Source: an uncultured Flavobacteriaceae bacterium | GTDB taxonomy: Bacteria > Bacteroidota > Bacteroidia > B-17B0 > Aurantibacillaceae | Reading direction: 5' to 3' | Length of the DNA: 29,284 bases | NCBI GenBank assembly: GCA_964603125.1 | Contig: CAZRUA010000041.1 | Span: 1-29,284, forward strand | Part shown: positions 10,255 through 21,123 of the stretch, in pieces | Position numbering within the stretch: position 1 is the first letter of the stretch | How the letters are laid out: every line of letters starts with the position of its first letter | The notes under the pieces: model-generated | What the model saw: only the letters and a program-made list of their open reading frames with translations | What the model was told of the DNA's origin: nothing | Database searches by the model: none | Position numbers and translations under genes: made by a program

Positions 10255-11292
10255 TTGTTCATGCGCTATTTATTTCTTTTTTTGACACTAAGTTCTTTTT
10301 GCTTTTCTCAATCTGAAAAACACTTAAAAAATCTTAAGCAACTTACTTTTGGTGGTGATAATGCTGAAGCTTATTTTTCATTTAATGGTAAAAATTTAAG
10401 CTTTCAAAGTAACAACAAAGCTTGGGGCTTACAATGCGATCAAATTTTTAATATGAAAATTTCGAGTGCAGCAAAAGATACTACTTATAAACCTAAAATG
10501 ATTTCTACGGGAAAAGGGCGCACAACATGCTCCTTTTTCCTAAAAGATAATAAACACATCCTTTTTGCTTCAACGCATTTAGCTGGAGATAGCTGCCCAC
10601 CAGTACCCGAGAGTAAAGGAAAATATTTGTGGGCTGTTTATAATAGCTTTGATATTTTTGTTGCTGACTTAAATGGTAAAATTATATCTCAACTAACTAA
10701 TTCGCCTGGATACGATGCAGAAGCAACTGTTTCTCCAAAAGGAGATAAAATTGTATTTACAAGTGATAGAAGTGGCGATTTAGAACTATGGACAATGGAT
10801 ATTGATGGTAAAAATCAAAAACAAATTACTTTTGGTTTAGGCTATGATGGTGGTGCTTTTTTTTCGCCAGATGGGAAGAAGTTGGTTTTTAGAGCCTCGC
10901 GACCAAAAACAGAAGAAGAACAAAAAGAATATAAAGAGCTATTAGCAAAGGGTTTGGTAGCTCCTACCAACATGGAAATATACACCTGCAATGTTGATGG
11001 AAGCGATTTAAAACAAATAACTAATTTAGGAAAAGCCAACTGGGCTCCATTCTTTACTCCAGAAGGAGATAGAATTATTTTTTCGAGTAACCATCATAGC
11101 AAAAAAGGATACGATTTTCAACTATTTACTATAAAAACAGATGGAACTGATTTAGAGCAAATAACAAATGAAAGTATGTTTAATGCTTTCCCAATGTTTT
11201 CTCCTGATGGTAAAAAACTAATATTTAGTAGCAATCGCAACAATCACGGTACAAGAGACACAAACCTATTTATTGCTGATTGGGTAAAATAA
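10255..11292 (+). CDS. PD40 / WD40-like beta-propeller repeat protein (TolB-like periplasmic)
   Basis: Signal peptide, then repeated SPDGKK[LI]VF and SPKGDKIVFTSDRSGDLELW motifs typical of TolB/PD40 repeats. Confidence 0.6.
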   Translation: MFMRYLFLFLTLSSFCFSQSEKHLKNLKQLTFGGDNAEAYFSFNGKNLSFQSNNKAWGLQCDQIFNMKISSAAKDTTYKPKMISTGKGRTTCSFFLKDNKHILFASTHLAGDSCPPVPESKGKYLWAVYNSFDIFVADLNGKIISQLTNSPGYDAEATVSPKGDKIVFTSDRSGDLELWTMDIDGKNQKQITFGLGYDGGAFFSPDGKKLVFRASRPKTEEEQKEYKELLAKGLVAPTNMEIYTCNVDGSDLKQITNLGKANWAPFFTPEGDRIIFSSNHHSKKGYDFQLFTIKTDGTDLEQITNESMFNAFPMFSPDGKKLIFSSNRNNHGTRDTNLFIADWVK

Positions 11293-11307
11293 TTAATACA
11301 AAAACGA

Positions 11308-11970
11308 TTACTTCCTTTCGCTCTCGCTTAAATTAAGTGGATTCAAATCATATATCTTTCGGATACTTGCGAATTCCTTCGCAATATCAATTTCTAAATC
11401 CTTTAATATTCCTGTTCTTACATCAAACACCCAACCGTGAATTTGAGGATAATTAGTTTTATACCACGAACGTTGCACATGATCAATTTTAACAATATTA
11501 ATGCATTGTTCGTAAACATTTAACTCAACAAGTCTATCAAAACGTTTTCTTTCATCCGTAATAGCATCTAACTCATCTTTATGATAACGGTAAACATCTC
11601 TTAAGGTTTGCAACCAACTATTTAATTGCCCCATATCACTTGGGTTCATAGCTGCTTTTACCCCGCCACATTCATAATGGCCACATACAATTATATGCTT
11701 TACTTTTAAATGTTCAACGGCATACTGAACTACCGCATTGATATTATTATCAGTGCTAACAACTAAATTAGCAACATTGCGATGAATAAAAACTTCTCCC
11801 GGATTAGCACCCATCAAATCTTCAGCAGTTACCCTGCTATCTGCACAGCCAATGTATAAATACTCGGGGTGTTGTCCCTTGCTTAGATTTTCAAAATACG
11901 ATGGGTCTATATTCAATTTATCCGCAACCCACTTTTTATTGTTCTCAAATATATGCTCAAATACTTTCAT
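11308..11970 (-). CDS. Beta-class carbonic anhydrase
   Basis: CADSRV and HYECGG are the zinc-ligand motifs (Cys, Asp-Arg dyad, His-x-x-Cys) of beta-carbonic anhydrases. Length is 220 aa. Confidence 0.85.
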   Translation of the reverse strand: MKVFEHIFENNKKWVADKLNIDPSYFENLSKGQHPEYLYIGCADSRVTAEDLMGANPGEVFIHRNVANLVVSTDNNINAVVQYAVEHLKVKHIIVCGHYECGGVKAAMNPSDMGQLNSWLQTLRDVYRYHKDELDAITDERKRFDRLVELNVYEQCINIVKIDHVQRSWYKTNYPQIHGWVFDVRTGILKDLEIDIAKEFASIRKIYDLNPLNLSESERK

Positions 11971-11981
11971 TTACATTTTTG

Positions 11982-12968
11982 TTATAATAATACGTTATCA
12001 ACTGGATTCATTTTTTCGGGCAAATTCGTTTCACACAAAAATTCCTTAATGTCAATTTCAATATTTCTACATATGGTTGATATTGGCACATCATTTACAG
12101 AATTATCGAATGGATTTTCGCTATACTCCCCTATTTGCTCCATCGTATAAAACACCCACGAAATAAGCATTGAAAAAGGAATGGTTAACCAAACTCCCCA
12201 TGAAGCTAAAGCACTTAAATCCTTCAATAAACCAAATGGCAATAAACATACAAATAATACAACAAACACTCTACTAAAAATACTGTACTGACGGAATAAT
12301 GGAGTACTCTTGATTCGTTCACAACCACCCTGCAAATTAAAAAATTCATTTACATGCTTCATTAAATCGCTGTGTTCATAAGCATCAATCTTTCCTTGAG
12401 CCTTGAGTTTGGCGAGCTCTTCCATTTGGTATTTTAAAATAATCGAAGCCGGATTATTTTGTTTGATTACTTTTTCATAGTAATCCGATTTATTATTCTC
12501 ATCCAATATTCTTTTCACACCTGCATCAAATGCTTCTAATTCCGATCTTTCGCCATGAAAAGTTTGATGCAAATTTTCTTTACTGGTTGCCCATGGAATT
12601 GTTCTTCGTAATTGCAAACGAAAAATATTAATGTAAGCAATGTGTCGATACAACAGAGGTTTGGCCAATTCATTATCTTTTAAAATAGAAAGTAACTGAG
12701 CTGCAAAGTTTCTCGATGTGTTAGTATAACCGCCCCATAATCTTCTTGCTTCCCACAATCTATCATAAGCTTGGTTATTCTTAAAACCCACATAAAAGGC
12801 AACTGCCGTGCCTATTGACGCTATAGGAACAAAAGGAATGGCTAAAAACTTGAGGCCACAGTATTGATATAGAACAACAGCAACAAAGCTTATTATTAAA
12901 GTTCTAAATAAATTCTTCTTAGCAAAGTGCCATAACAATATGAATCTGAATTCCTTTCCTGTGTACAT
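11982..12968 (-). CDS. Bestrophin-like / UPF0187 (YneE) family membrane channel
   Basis: Multiple transmembrane segments and a conserved N-terminal region (RLWEARRLWGG) resembling the bacterial bestrophin (UPF0187) family. Length is 328 aa. Confidence 0.65.
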   Translation of the reverse strand: MYTGKEFRFILLWHFAKKNLFRTLIISFVAVVLYQYCGLKFLAIPFVPIASIGTAVAFYVGFKNNQAYDRLWEARRLWGGYTNTSRNFAAQLLSILKDNELAKPLLYRHIAYINIFRLQLRRTIPWATSKENLHQTFHGERSELEAFDAGVKRILDENNKSDYYEKVIKQNNPASIILKYQMEELAKLKAQGKIDAYEHSDLMKHVNEFFNLQGGCERIKSTPLFRQYSIFSRVFVVLFVCLLPFGLLKDLSALASWGVWLTIPFSMLISWVFYTMEQIGEYSENPFDNSVNDVPISTICRNIEIDIKEFLCETNLPEKMNPVDNVLL

Positions 12969-12996
12969 TACAATTTTTTATTGGTAATTAAACTGA

Positions 12997-13908
12997 CTAC
13001 TTACGTTTAGTGTTGTCTTTAAACACATCTTCCAACTTGCGCTCTTCTTTTTGCATGCCCAAAACCGAATTATTGTGTTTTACTGCGAAATCAAAAATAG
13101 CCTTACGTAAATCTACACTGGCTTCCGATGTAATTTGATATTTAGTGTCAGATAGCTTCTTAATTCTTTCAACGCCATCCAAAGCTTTAAGATAGCTTTC
13201 ATTAATTGCCGACTCAAATTCTACGGTTAAGATACTCTTTTCGCTTGCTACCTTTTTAATTTCGGTAGTTTCATCATTCACCCTTATTTCTCCTTGCGAA
13301 ATAATAATAACTCTATCGCAAACTGCCTCCACCTCTTGCATAATGTGGGTACTAAGCATAACTGTTTTCTCTCTGCCTAAATTTTTAATAAGCTTGCGAA
13401 TATCTTCCAATTGATTTGGATCTAAACCTGTAGTTGGCTCATCCAAAATTAACACCTTTGGATTATGAATAATAGCCTGTGCAATTCCAACACGTTGACG
13501 ATATCCCTTACTTAAGGCGCCTATTTTCTTATTCTGTTCAACTTGTAAACCCGTCATATCAATCATTTCGGCCACACGCTTGTTTATATTCTTTACCTTA
13601 TGCAAGCCGCCAACAAACTGTAGGTACTCCTTAACATACATGTCCAAATACAAAGGATTATGCTCGGGCAAATAACCAACCTGCTCGCGAACCTGAAAGG
13701 ATTGCTCCTCCACATCAAAACCACAAACCGTTACTTTACCTGATGTTTGAGGTAAGTAACATGTAATTATTTTCATCATAGTTGACTTACCAGCTCCATT
13801 AGGACCAATAAAACCCACAATTTCTCCATCCTTAACTTCAAACGAAACATTGTTCAAAGCAGGCTTCTTATCGTACAACTTACTTATGTTTTTAACTATA
13901 ATAGACAT
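12997..13908 (-). CDS. ABC transporter ATP-binding protein
   Basis: Walker A GPNGAGKST, ABC signature LSKGYRQRVG, and Walker B LILDEPTTGLD. Confidence 0.85.
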   Translation of the reverse strand: MSIIVKNISKLYDKKPALNNVSFEVKDGEIVGFIGPNGAGKSTMMKIITCYLPQTSGKVTVCGFDVEEQSFQVREQVGYLPEHNPLYLDMYVKEYLQFVGGLHKVKNINKRVAEMIDMTGLQVEQNKKIGALSKGYRQRVGIAQAIIHNPKVLILDEPTTGLDPNQLEDIRKLIKNLGREKTVMLSTHIMQEVEAVCDRVIIISQGEIRVNDETTEIKKVASEKSILTVEFESAINESYLKALDGVERIKKLSDTKYQITSEASVDLRKAIFDFAVKHNNSVLGMQKEERKLEDVFKDNTKRK

Positions 13909-14312
13909 TACATTAATTTTAAGGTAAACTTACAAAAAAATTAAAGCAATAAAATCTTGTGGTTTGTTTAACTTAACAACAGGCGACCGTTAATAGATAA
14001 GTGGCGCATTTTTGAACGAATTAGAGAGCTAATTTCAGCAATTTTATAGTCAAAATTTAATGCTTCTTATAATTATAATTCAAACTACCAAACCCAAAAC
14101 TTAAAATATTTTCAATATTTTTCATGTCAGCTCAAAAGCCTTTATTATAAAGGGATTTAAGAGTTTTTCAACAATTATGTTAATAAACCCCATTGTTAAA
14201 AAATAGGTTTAAATGTTCATTTCATTTTTACTTTTACTCGTCATTTTTATGAATATTTGTGAAACGCAAAACCGAAGAAATTTTGAATTGATTTTGCGAC
14301 TTTTTTAGTGTA

Positions 14313-14320
14313 ACTATTTT
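14313..14320 (+). promoter_or_regulatory. Candidate Bacteroidetes -7 promoter element upstream of nrdB
   Basis: tatttttg matches TAnnTTTG about 40 nt upstream of the nrdB ATG, within a 450-bp AT-rich leader. Confidence 0.3.
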
Positions 14321-14359
14321 TGACTTTATATATAAACAAAACGAATTAAAATTAATTGT

Positions 14360-15331
14360 ATGAACGAACCAATCCTAACCGAAAACAAAGACAGATTTGT
14401 ACTATTCCCTATTAAGCACAAAGATATTTGGGATATGTACAAAAAAGCAGAAGCTAGTTTTTGGACCGCAGAAGAGATTGATTTAGCTCCAGACTTACAA
14501 GATTGGAACAATAAGTTAAACAATGATGAAAAACATTTCATTAAGAATGTACTAGCCTTTTTTGCTGCTAGCGACGGTATTGTTAATGAAAACCTAGCTA
14601 TTAACTTCTTAAATGACGTTCAATATCCTGAAGCACGTTGTTTTTATGGGTTTCAAATCATGATGGAAAATATCCATTCTGAAACTTATTCCTTATTAAT
14701 TGATACTTATATTAAAGATAATGTAGAAAAAGATAAATTATTACATGCAATCGAAACAGTTCCTTGTGTTCAAAAGAAAGCTGAATGGGCTTTAAAATGG
14801 ATTTCAAACGGAACATTTGCTGAGCGCTTAATTGCCTTTGCTGCGGTTGAAGGTATTTTCTTTTCTGGATCTTTCTGTTCAATTTTCTGGTTAAAAAAAC
14901 GTGGCTTAATGCCAGGCTTAAGCTTCTCTAACGAGTTAATCTCTCGTGACGAAGGTTTACACTGTGATTTTGCATGTTTATTATATTCTCAATTAGTACA
15001 TAAATTACCTGTAACTCAAGTAACTGAAATTATTACTAATGCAGTGGCTATTGAGAAAGAATTCGTAACAGATTCATTACCAGTTAAGTTAATTGGAATG
15101 AATGCTGATTTAATGTGTCAATACATTGAGTTTGTGGCAGATAGATTATTAGTGTCTTTAGGCTGTCCAAAATTCTATAACGCTGCTAACCCATTCGATT
15201 TCATGGAGTTAATTTCTTTACAAGGAAAAACTAACTTCTTCGAAAAACGTGTAGCAGAATACCAAAAAGCAGGTGTTACCAACTCGAAAAAAGAGGATAA
15301 CACGGTGTTTAAATTAGACGAAGATTTCTAA
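14360..15331 (+). CDS. nrdB: Ribonucleoside-diphosphate reductase small (beta) subunit, class Ia
   Basis: 323-aa protein with the R2 di-iron ferritin-like fold (FWTAEEIDL, the ENIHSETY iron ligands, FFAASDG). Confidence 0.9.
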   Translation: MNEPILTENKDRFVLFPIKHKDIWDMYKKAEASFWTAEEIDLAPDLQDWNNKLNNDEKHFIKNVLAFFAASDGIVNENLAINFLNDVQYPEARCFYGFQIMMENIHSETYSLLIDTYIKDNVEKDKLLHAIETVPCVQKKAEWALKWISNGTFAERLIAFAAVEGIFFSGSFCSIFWLKKRGLMPGLSFSNELISRDEGLHCDFACLLYSQLVHKLPVTQVTEIITNAVAIEKEFVTDSLPVKLIGMNADLMCQYIEFVADRLLVSLGCPKFYNAANPFDFMELISLQGKTNFFEKRVAEYQKAGVTNSKKEDNTVFKLDEDF

Positions 15332-15359
15332 TCATTCATCTTACGGTTAAATTACCCCA

Positions 15360-15377
15360 ACGATATAACAATATCGT
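15360..15377 (+). terminator. Intercistronic hairpin between nrdB and nrdA (partial terminator or attenuator)
   Basis: acgatat-aaca-atatcgt forms a 7-bp stem with a 4-nt loop. It lies 29 nt after the nrdB stop and is followed by aagggattttta. Confidence 0.35.
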
Positions 15378-15529
15378 AAGGGATTTTTAGCCTCTGGATT
15401 TAAAGAAAAAAGTAATTAACCGCCAAATTGTTAATAGAAAAATTTGGCACGATAAATAAAAAAACCTTGTTGACGTAAATTGCGTTAAGAAAAAGAACTA
15501 GAGTAAAAACCTTCAAAAAACAATGGCGT

Positions 15530-17944
15530 ATGTTTGTAATTAAAAGAGATGGCACAACAGAGACAGTGAAATTCGACAAGATCACTGCACGTATTCAAAA
15601 ACTCAGCTACGGATTAGATCCTGTACACGTTCAACCTATTGATGTTGCTATGAAAGTAATCAATGGATTGTATGATGGTGTATCAACTAGTCAGTTAGAT
15701 AATTTAGCAGCTGAAACAGCAGCTTCATTAACAACAAAGCACCCTGATTATGCTTTATTGGCTTCTCGTATCGTAGTTTCAAACTTACACAAAAACACTA
15801 CAAAATCGTTTTCAAAAACAATTAGCGATTTATACTTTTATACAGATCCAAAAACAGGACAAAAAGCTGCATTAATTGCTGATGATGTTTATGAAATAGT
15901 TCAGGCAAACGCCCAATTACTTGACTCAACTATTATTTATGATCGCGATTTTGGTTACGATTATTTTGGTTTTAAAACTTTAGAGCGCTCTTATTTATTA
16001 AAATTACACGGTCAAGTTGCTGAACGCCCTCAGCACATGATTATGCGTGTTGCCATTGGAATTCACAAAGAAGATATTACATCAGCCATTGAAACATACC
16101 ACTTAATGAGTGAACGTTGGTTTACACACGCTACTCCAACTTTGTTTAATGCTGGTACGCCAAAACCTCAAATGTCATCTTGTTTTTTAATTCAAACTAA
16201 AGATGATAGTATTGATGGTATTTACGATACATTAAAAAGCTGTGCTAAAATTTCACAATCAGCAGGTGGAATTGGTTTAAGCATTCACAATATTAGAGCT
16301 ACAGGTTCTTACATTAAAGGAACTAACGGAACATCAAATGGTATTATACCAATGTTGCGTGTATTTAATGACACTGCTCGTTATGTTGACCAAGGTGGAG
16401 GGAAACGTAAAGGTTCATTCGCTATCTATTTAGAACCATGGCATGCAGATATTTTTGATTTCTTAGATATCCGTAAAAATCATGGTAAAGAAGAACAACG
16501 TGCTCGTGATTTATTTACTGCACTTTGGATTTGCGATTTATTTATGAAGCGTGTGGAAGAAGAAGGAGATTGGACTTTATTCTGCCCGAACGAAGCTCCA
16601 GGCTTATCAGATTGTTGGGGACAAGAGTTTGAAGCTCTTTACACAAAATACGAAGCTGAAGGACGTGGACGTAAAACAATTAAAGCACGCGAATTATGGG
16701 CTGCAATAATTGATGCACAAATTGAAACAGGTAATCCATACATGTTGTATAAAGATGCTTGTAACTCGAAATCAAATCAACAAAATTTAGGTACCATCAA
16801 GTCTTCGAACTTATGTACTGAAATTTTAGAGTACACTGCTCCAGATGAAATTGCTGTTTGTAATTTAGCTTCTATTGCTTTACCTCGTTTTGTTGACTTA
16901 GAAAAAGGAATTTTTGATCACCAAAAATTATTTGAAGTAACTTATGTTGCTACAAAAAATTTAAACAAAATTATCGATCGTAACTACTACCCAGTTGCAG
17001 AAGCTCGTAAATCAAACTTACGTCACCGTCCTATCGGACTAGGTGTTCAAGGTTTAGCTGATGCGTTTATTATGTTACGTTTCCCTTTTGAAAGTGATGA
17101 AGCTCGTAAATTAAACTCTGAAATTTTTGAAACTATTTACTATGCAGCAATGACAGCTAGTAAAGATTTAGCAAAAATTGAAGGTCCTTACGAAACTTAT
17201 GCTGGATCGCCAGTATCAAAAGGTCAATTCCAATTTGACATGTGGGGTGTAACTCCAAGCCCACGTTGGGAATGGGATGTGTTAAAAGAAGAAGTAATGA
17301 AACATGGTGTACGTAACTCATTATTAGTTGCACCAATGCCAACAGCTTCAACTTCACAAATTTTAGGTAACAATGAGTGTTTTGAACCATATACTTCAAA
17401 CATTTATTCTCGTCGTGTGTTATCAGGAGAATTTGTTATTGTAAATAAACATTTATTAAAAGACTTAGTGAAACTAGGAATTTGGAATGACGGTTTAAAA
17501 AACAAAATTATCGCTGCAAACGGTTCAATCCAACACATTGCTGAAATTCCAGAAAACATTAAAGAACTTTACAAAACAGTTTGGGAAATTAAACAACGTG
17601 CTATATTAGATATGGCTGCTGATAGAGGTGCATATATTTGTCAATCGCAATCATTAAACTTATTTATTCAAGATGCGAACTTCGCAAAAATGTCATCTGC
17701 ACATTTCTATGCTTGGAAAAAAGGTTTAAAAACAGGTATGTATTACTTAAGAACAAAAGCTGCAGCTGATGCAATTAAGTTTACTGTTGATACAACTGCT
17801 AAAGAAGAAATTTTAGGTAACGAAGATATTTTAGTGGCACAACGTAGCACAATGACACCAGCTAATTTAAGCGAAGAAGAAATTCAAGCACAATTATCTT
17901 GCTCATTAGATAATCCTGAAGGATGCGAAATGTGCGGTTCTTAA
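15530..17944 (+). CDS. nrdA: Ribonucleoside-diphosphate reductase large (alpha) subunit, class Ia
   Basis: N-terminal ATP cone ([22 protein letters not shown]) and catalytic-domain motifs (NLCTEI, the C-terminal CxxC tail CEMCGS). Length is 804 aa. Confidence 0.9.
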   Translation: MFVIKRDGTTETVKFDKITARIQKLSYGLDPVHVQPIDVAMKVINGLYDGVSTSQLDNLAAETAASLTTKHPDYALLASRIVVSNLHKNTTKSFSKTISDLYFYTDPKTGQKAALIADDVYEIVQANAQLLDSTIIYDRDFGYDYFGFKTLERSYLLKLHGQVAERPQHMIMRVAIGIHKEDITSAIETYHLMSERWFTHATPTLFNAGTPKPQMSSCFLIQTKDDSIDGIYDTLKSCAKISQSAGGIGLSIHNIRATGSYIKGTNGTSNGIIPMLRVFNDTARYVDQGGGKRKGSFAIYLEPWHADIFDFLDIRKNHGKEEQRARDLFTALWICDLFMKRVEEEGDWTLFCPNEAPGLSDCWGQEFEALYTKYEAEGRGRKTIKARELWAAIIDAQIETGNPYMLYKDACNSKSNQQNLGTIKSSNLCTEILEYTAPDEIAVCNLASIALPRFVDLEKGIFDHQKLFEVTYVATKNLNKIIDRNYYPVAEARKSNLRHRPIGLGVQGLADAFIMLRFPFESDEARKLNSEIFETIYYAAMTASKDLAKIEGPYETYAGSPVSKGQFQFDMWGVTPSPRWEWDVLKEEVMKHGVRNSLLVAPMPTASTSQILGNNECFEPYTSNIYSRRVLSGEFVIVNKHLLKDLVKLGIWNDGLKNKIIAANGSIQHIAEIPENIKELYKTVWEIKQRAILDMAADRGAYICQSQSLNLFIQDANFAKMSSAHFYAWKKGLKTGMYYLRTKAAADAIKFTVDTTAKEEILGNEDILVAQRSTMTPANLSEEEIQAQLSCSLDNPEGCEMCGS

Positions 17945-17970
17945 AATTAAGAATTCTAAATATTAAAAAA

Positions 17971-17997
17971 AGCCACGTTAATAGCGTGGCTTTTTTA
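17971..17997. terminator. Bidirectional rho-independent terminator between nrdA and the convergent downstream gene
   Basis: agccacg-ttaatag-cgtggct forms a 7-bp GC-containing stem followed by ttttttatt. It also sits at the 3' end of the minus-strand gene 17995-19080. Confidence 0.7.
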
Positions 17998-19080
17998 TTG
18001 TGTGAATTGCAAAACAGTTGGATCATAGGTTTTATAAGATAGAACCTTAGAAATCTTTCTACCCTTATATTCAATTGTAATTCTGCTTGTGTCTTTAGAA
18101 TTACTAGACGGAAGTTTGCAACCAGCAAACCACGCATAATCGCGCAAATCCGCATAATGATACTCTCCTTCTTCTCCAGAACAATTTATTTCAATCAATC
18201 TATTCTTTGCGTCATATACAAAGTTTATCTTGGAACAATGATTATATTTTCCATTTATTGGTAATGAGTCCGCATCAAACCACTCTATACATTTAATCCT
18301 GTTGTTTTCATAAGTATGTAATTCGAGCGCTATGCCGTAATCATCTCCAATTAAATGACTAGTTGAGTCAAAATATCTCCTTTGAATTAACTTTTTCTGT
18401 GAATAAGTATTTATGTAACCAGACCAAGAGAATTGAATATCACAACCTAAAACTCCTGCCTTTCTATAAAACATTTCACTTACTAAACCAAAGTTCTTAT
18501 TATATTTTGTAACCCAATAATTAATTTTTGTTGTGTCATTTTTTTTAATCTGTCCCCTTACATCATAATTATTTTTAAAATACCAAAAAGATCCTTCACA
18601 AGTATCATTATTTGAAATGTTCTTATAATAAGTTTCACTGAATTTTTTTCCTCTCGTAAAATTAACTTCCTTACAAAACCCTGAAATATTTTCTTTGAGT
18701 TGACCAAGTGAATCGTAAAAAATTGTAGTTCTTTCAATTACCTTTCTTCTTTGAATAGCTCTATAAACCTTATAAGCGATTCCTTCATAATCACAAACTA
18801 GATGACCAAGTGTATCCATATAAGATTCCTTCCAACAACTATTCTTCTTATCCTTTTCTCGCACAACTTCCCATACAGAATTTCCATAGGAATATAATGG
18901 GACGCGTCTATTTGTCGAATCAAAACAAATTTCCTTTGATTTCGATTTACTCAACCAAATTCTTTCAATTGTACTTCCATTGTCTTCTCTAAATTTAATA
19001 TTCGTTCTTTGTGAGAATCCGATTTGACAGAAAGTCAAAACTAAAACAATGAATATTTTTAATAAAAACTTCATTATCAA
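17995..19080 (-). CDS. Secreted hypothetical protein, W/Y/C-rich with YD-repeat-like motifs
   Basis: Signal peptide MIMKFLLKIFIVLVLTFCQIGFSQ. The motifs FYDSLGQL and YDAKNRLIEI resemble YD/RHS repeats. Confidence 0.45.
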   Translation of the reverse strand: MIMKFLLKIFIVLVLTFCQIGFSQRTNIKFREDNGSTIERIWLSKSKSKEICFDSTNRRVPLYSYGNSVWEVVREKDKKNSCWKESYMDTLGHLVCDYEGIAYKVYRAIQRRKVIERTTIFYDSLGQLKENISGFCKEVNFTRGKKFSETYYKNISNNDTCEGSFWYFKNNYDVRGQIKKNDTTKINYWVTKYNKNFGLVSEMFYRKAGVLGCDIQFSWSGYINTYSQKKLIQRRYFDSTSHLIGDDYGIALELHTYENNRIKCIEWFDADSLPINGKYNHCSKINFVYDAKNRLIEINCSGEEGEYHYADLRDYAWFAGCKLPSSNSKDTSRITIEYKGRKISKVLSYKTYDPTVLQFTQ

Positions 19081-19140
19081 ATATAGTCAATCTATATTTG
19101 AATCGCGCAATTCAATTAAATAAAATTTATATTCATTTTA

Positions 19141-19397
19141 AACACGCTGCGAAACCCTTTTAAAATATAGTGATTCAAAGCTATCAGTTTCTAAGAACAC
19201 TGAAATAAAATTTAAAAAGACAAAAAAAATTTTTGCAGATAAAAAATTTAAATTACTTTTGCATCACAAATAAAAATTATAAACTAAAAAATTAAACGAA
19301 AGAAACAATGTTGGTGTTAAATTTACATACGAAACCTTAAACCGGAAACATTAGTACTATCAATACTTTCAGCCCGGTTTATTGCCGGGTTTTTTAT
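19141..19397 (+). repeat. Copy 1 of a diverged ~260-bp direct repeat: promoter-like -33/-7 elements, a ~130-nt A-rich transcript region, and an intrinsic terminator. Candidate sRNA or attenuator leader upstream of rtcB
   Basis: TTTG at 19232-19235 and TAcTTTTG at 19254-19261 match Bacteroidetes -33/-7 elements. A terminator gcccgg-tttattg-ccgggt plus a T-run lies at 19372-19397. The region is homologous to 21901-22185 (cgaaacccttttaaaatatag vs cgaaacacctttaaaataaag; ttttgcatcacaaataaaaatt vs ttttgcatcataaaatattaaaaat). Confidence 0.4.
19372..19397 (+). terminator. Intrinsic terminator ending repeat copy 1
   Basis: 5-6 bp GC stem (gcccgg/ccgggt) with a 7-nt loop, followed by ttttttatttg. Confidence 0.5.
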
Positions 19398-19619
19398 TTG
19401 TTATAATTGAAAACAACTTTTTGGGGAGTCGAAAAGTAACCGGAAAAAATCAAAATTATTTTATTAAAAATCTTAGGTAAGATTTTAGAATTGATTTTCT
19501 AATGTCAGTTCAAGCAGCATTCTCTTTTCAGGAAATGTATCGAGAACAAACTGAAAATCAATTCCGCTTAGTCGAATACATCGACATGGAAAAATATTGC
19601 CTAAACAAAACCAACAATC

Positions 19620-21023
19620 ATGGGAAAAAATAGATTGAAGGGAAAACATTTAAGGAAAATAGATTTCCCTTCGGACATAGCTAAAAGTTTAGCATTAAAT
19701 ATTATGACGAAACATTTTAAACATGTTTCAAACGAAGAAAAATTACAAATAATACAAAACGTTCTTTTAAATCCTGAACAATACTTAGAAGATGAACATC
19801 TAAAACCCTTGTCGATTGCCTTAGTTGGGAAGCCAAAAATGAAAACTGATTATGAAGTTCACATGTTAAAACACAGTGGTGATTTTACCATTTATGGTCT
19901 ACGTCATATCGGACAAAATGCAATTCAACAAATGGAAGCAGCGATGCGATTACCCATCTCGATGAAAGGAGCTTTAATGCCTGATGCTCATCATGGATAT
20001 GGTTTGCCAATCGGCGGTGTACTAGCAACAAATAACGCAGTAATCCCTTTTGGAGTAGGCCTGGATATTGGTTGTCGAATGGCTTTGAGTATTTACAAAC
20101 TTCCAGAAGATTACATTCAACGCAAGGAGTATGATTTACAAAAAGCATTGCGTAGATATACACATTTTGGAAATGATGGGACACTTGATTTTGAAGTAGA
20201 TCATGAAGTGCTTGAGCGCCCTGAATTTCAAGCCACTGAATTACTCCGAAGATTACATGGTAAAGCGTGGTTTCAACTAGGTTCATCAGGCACAGGAAAT
20301 CATTTTGTTGAATTTGGAAATGTAACAATTGCTCAAAACAATACATTGAATTTACAACCTGGGAATTACATTGGTTTACTATCTCACAGCGGTTCAAGAG
20401 GCATGGGTGCTGCCATAGCAGCAACTTATACTAAAATAGCAATGCAAAAATGCAAACTTCCGCGTGAAATGCAATCAATGGCTTGGTTAAGTTTAGATGA
20501 AGAAGCTGGTCAAGAGTATTGGTTATCCATGAACTTAGCGGGTGACTATGCAAAAGCCTGTCATGATGTGATTCACAAAAACCTTGAACGTGTAATGGGC
20601 TTAGAAGCTATATGCAAAGTTGAGAATCATCACAATTTCGCATGGAAAGAAATACACGACGGTCAAGAATTGATTGTACACCGAAAAGGCGCAACGCCAG
20701 CAAACAAAGGTGAATTCGGTATCATACCAGGAAGTATGAGCAGCAATGGATACATAGTAAGTGGTTTAGGATTACAGGGTTCAATTAATTCAGCATCGCA
20801 TGGGGCCGGCCGAAAAATGTCACGTAAAGAAGCAAGAGAGAGTATAACAAAATCTTCGATGACAAATTTATTAGCCGAACAAAGTGTGAAATTAATTGGT
20901 GGCAGCGTAGAAGAGGCTTCATTTGCTTACAAGGATATTGAGACTGTTATGAGCTGTCAACAAGACCTAGTAAAAATAGAAGGTTCATTCACTCCAAAAA
21001 TTGTAAGGATGAACAAAAGTTAA
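19620..21023 (+). CDS. rtcB: RtcB-family 3'-phosphate/5'-OH RNA ligase (PrfH-associated RtcB2-type)
   Basis: DAHHGYGLPIGG and GSSGTGNHFVEFG are metal and GTP-binding motifs. The His-rich core is typical of RtcB. It sits immediately upstream of prfH, as in the E. coli rtcB2-prfH pair. Confidence 0.85.
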   Translation: MGKNRLKGKHLRKIDFPSDIAKSLALNIMTKHFKHVSNEEKLQIIQNVLLNPEQYLEDEHLKPLSIALVGKPKMKTDYEVHMLKHSGDFTIYGLRHIGQNAIQQMEAAMRLPISMKGALMPDAHHGYGLPIGGVLATNNAVIPFGVGLDIGCRMALSIYKLPEDYIQRKEYDLQKALRRYTHFGNDGTLDFEVDHEVLERPEFQATELLRRLHGKAWFQLGSSGTGNHFVEFGNVTIAQNNTLNLQPGNYIGLLSHSGSRGMGAAIAATYTKIAMQKCKLPREMQSMAWLSLDEEAGQEYWLSMNLAGDYAKACHDVIHKNLERVMGLEAICKVENHHNFAWKEIHDGQELIVHRKGATPANKGEFGIIPGSMSSNGYIVSGLGLQGSINSASHGAGRKMSRKEARESITKSSMTNLLAEQSVKLIGGSVEEASFAYKDIETVMSCQQDLVKIEGSFTPKIVRMNKS

Positions 21024-21065
21024 AACGCAATCGGTAATAACACCAATGAAAACAAAAGCTCTTTC

Positions 21066-21111
21066 TTATGTCAGTTCGAGCTTGTCGAGAACAGAATAAG
21101 AAAGAGCTTTA
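21066..21111 (+). promoter_or_regulatory. Strong intercistronic hairpin between rtcB and prfH
   Basis: aagctctttcttat ... ataagaaagagctt forms a 14-bp perfect stem enclosing gtcagttcgagcttgtcgagaacaga. It is not followed by a T-tract. It shares the ATGTCAGTTCRAGC ... TCGAGAACA motif with 19494-19560. Confidence 0.45.
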
Positions 21112-21123
21112 AAAAATTAAAAA

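Noticed and set aside
12997-13908. Assignment of the ABC ATPase as gliding-motility GldA
   Set aside because: The size and N-terminus are compatible, but the expected gldF/gldG permease partners are not adjacent. Only the generic ABC call is kept.
13909-14359. NrdR-box search in the 450-bp nrdB leader
   Set aside because: No convincing pair of NrdR-like palindromic boxes could be identified by eye.
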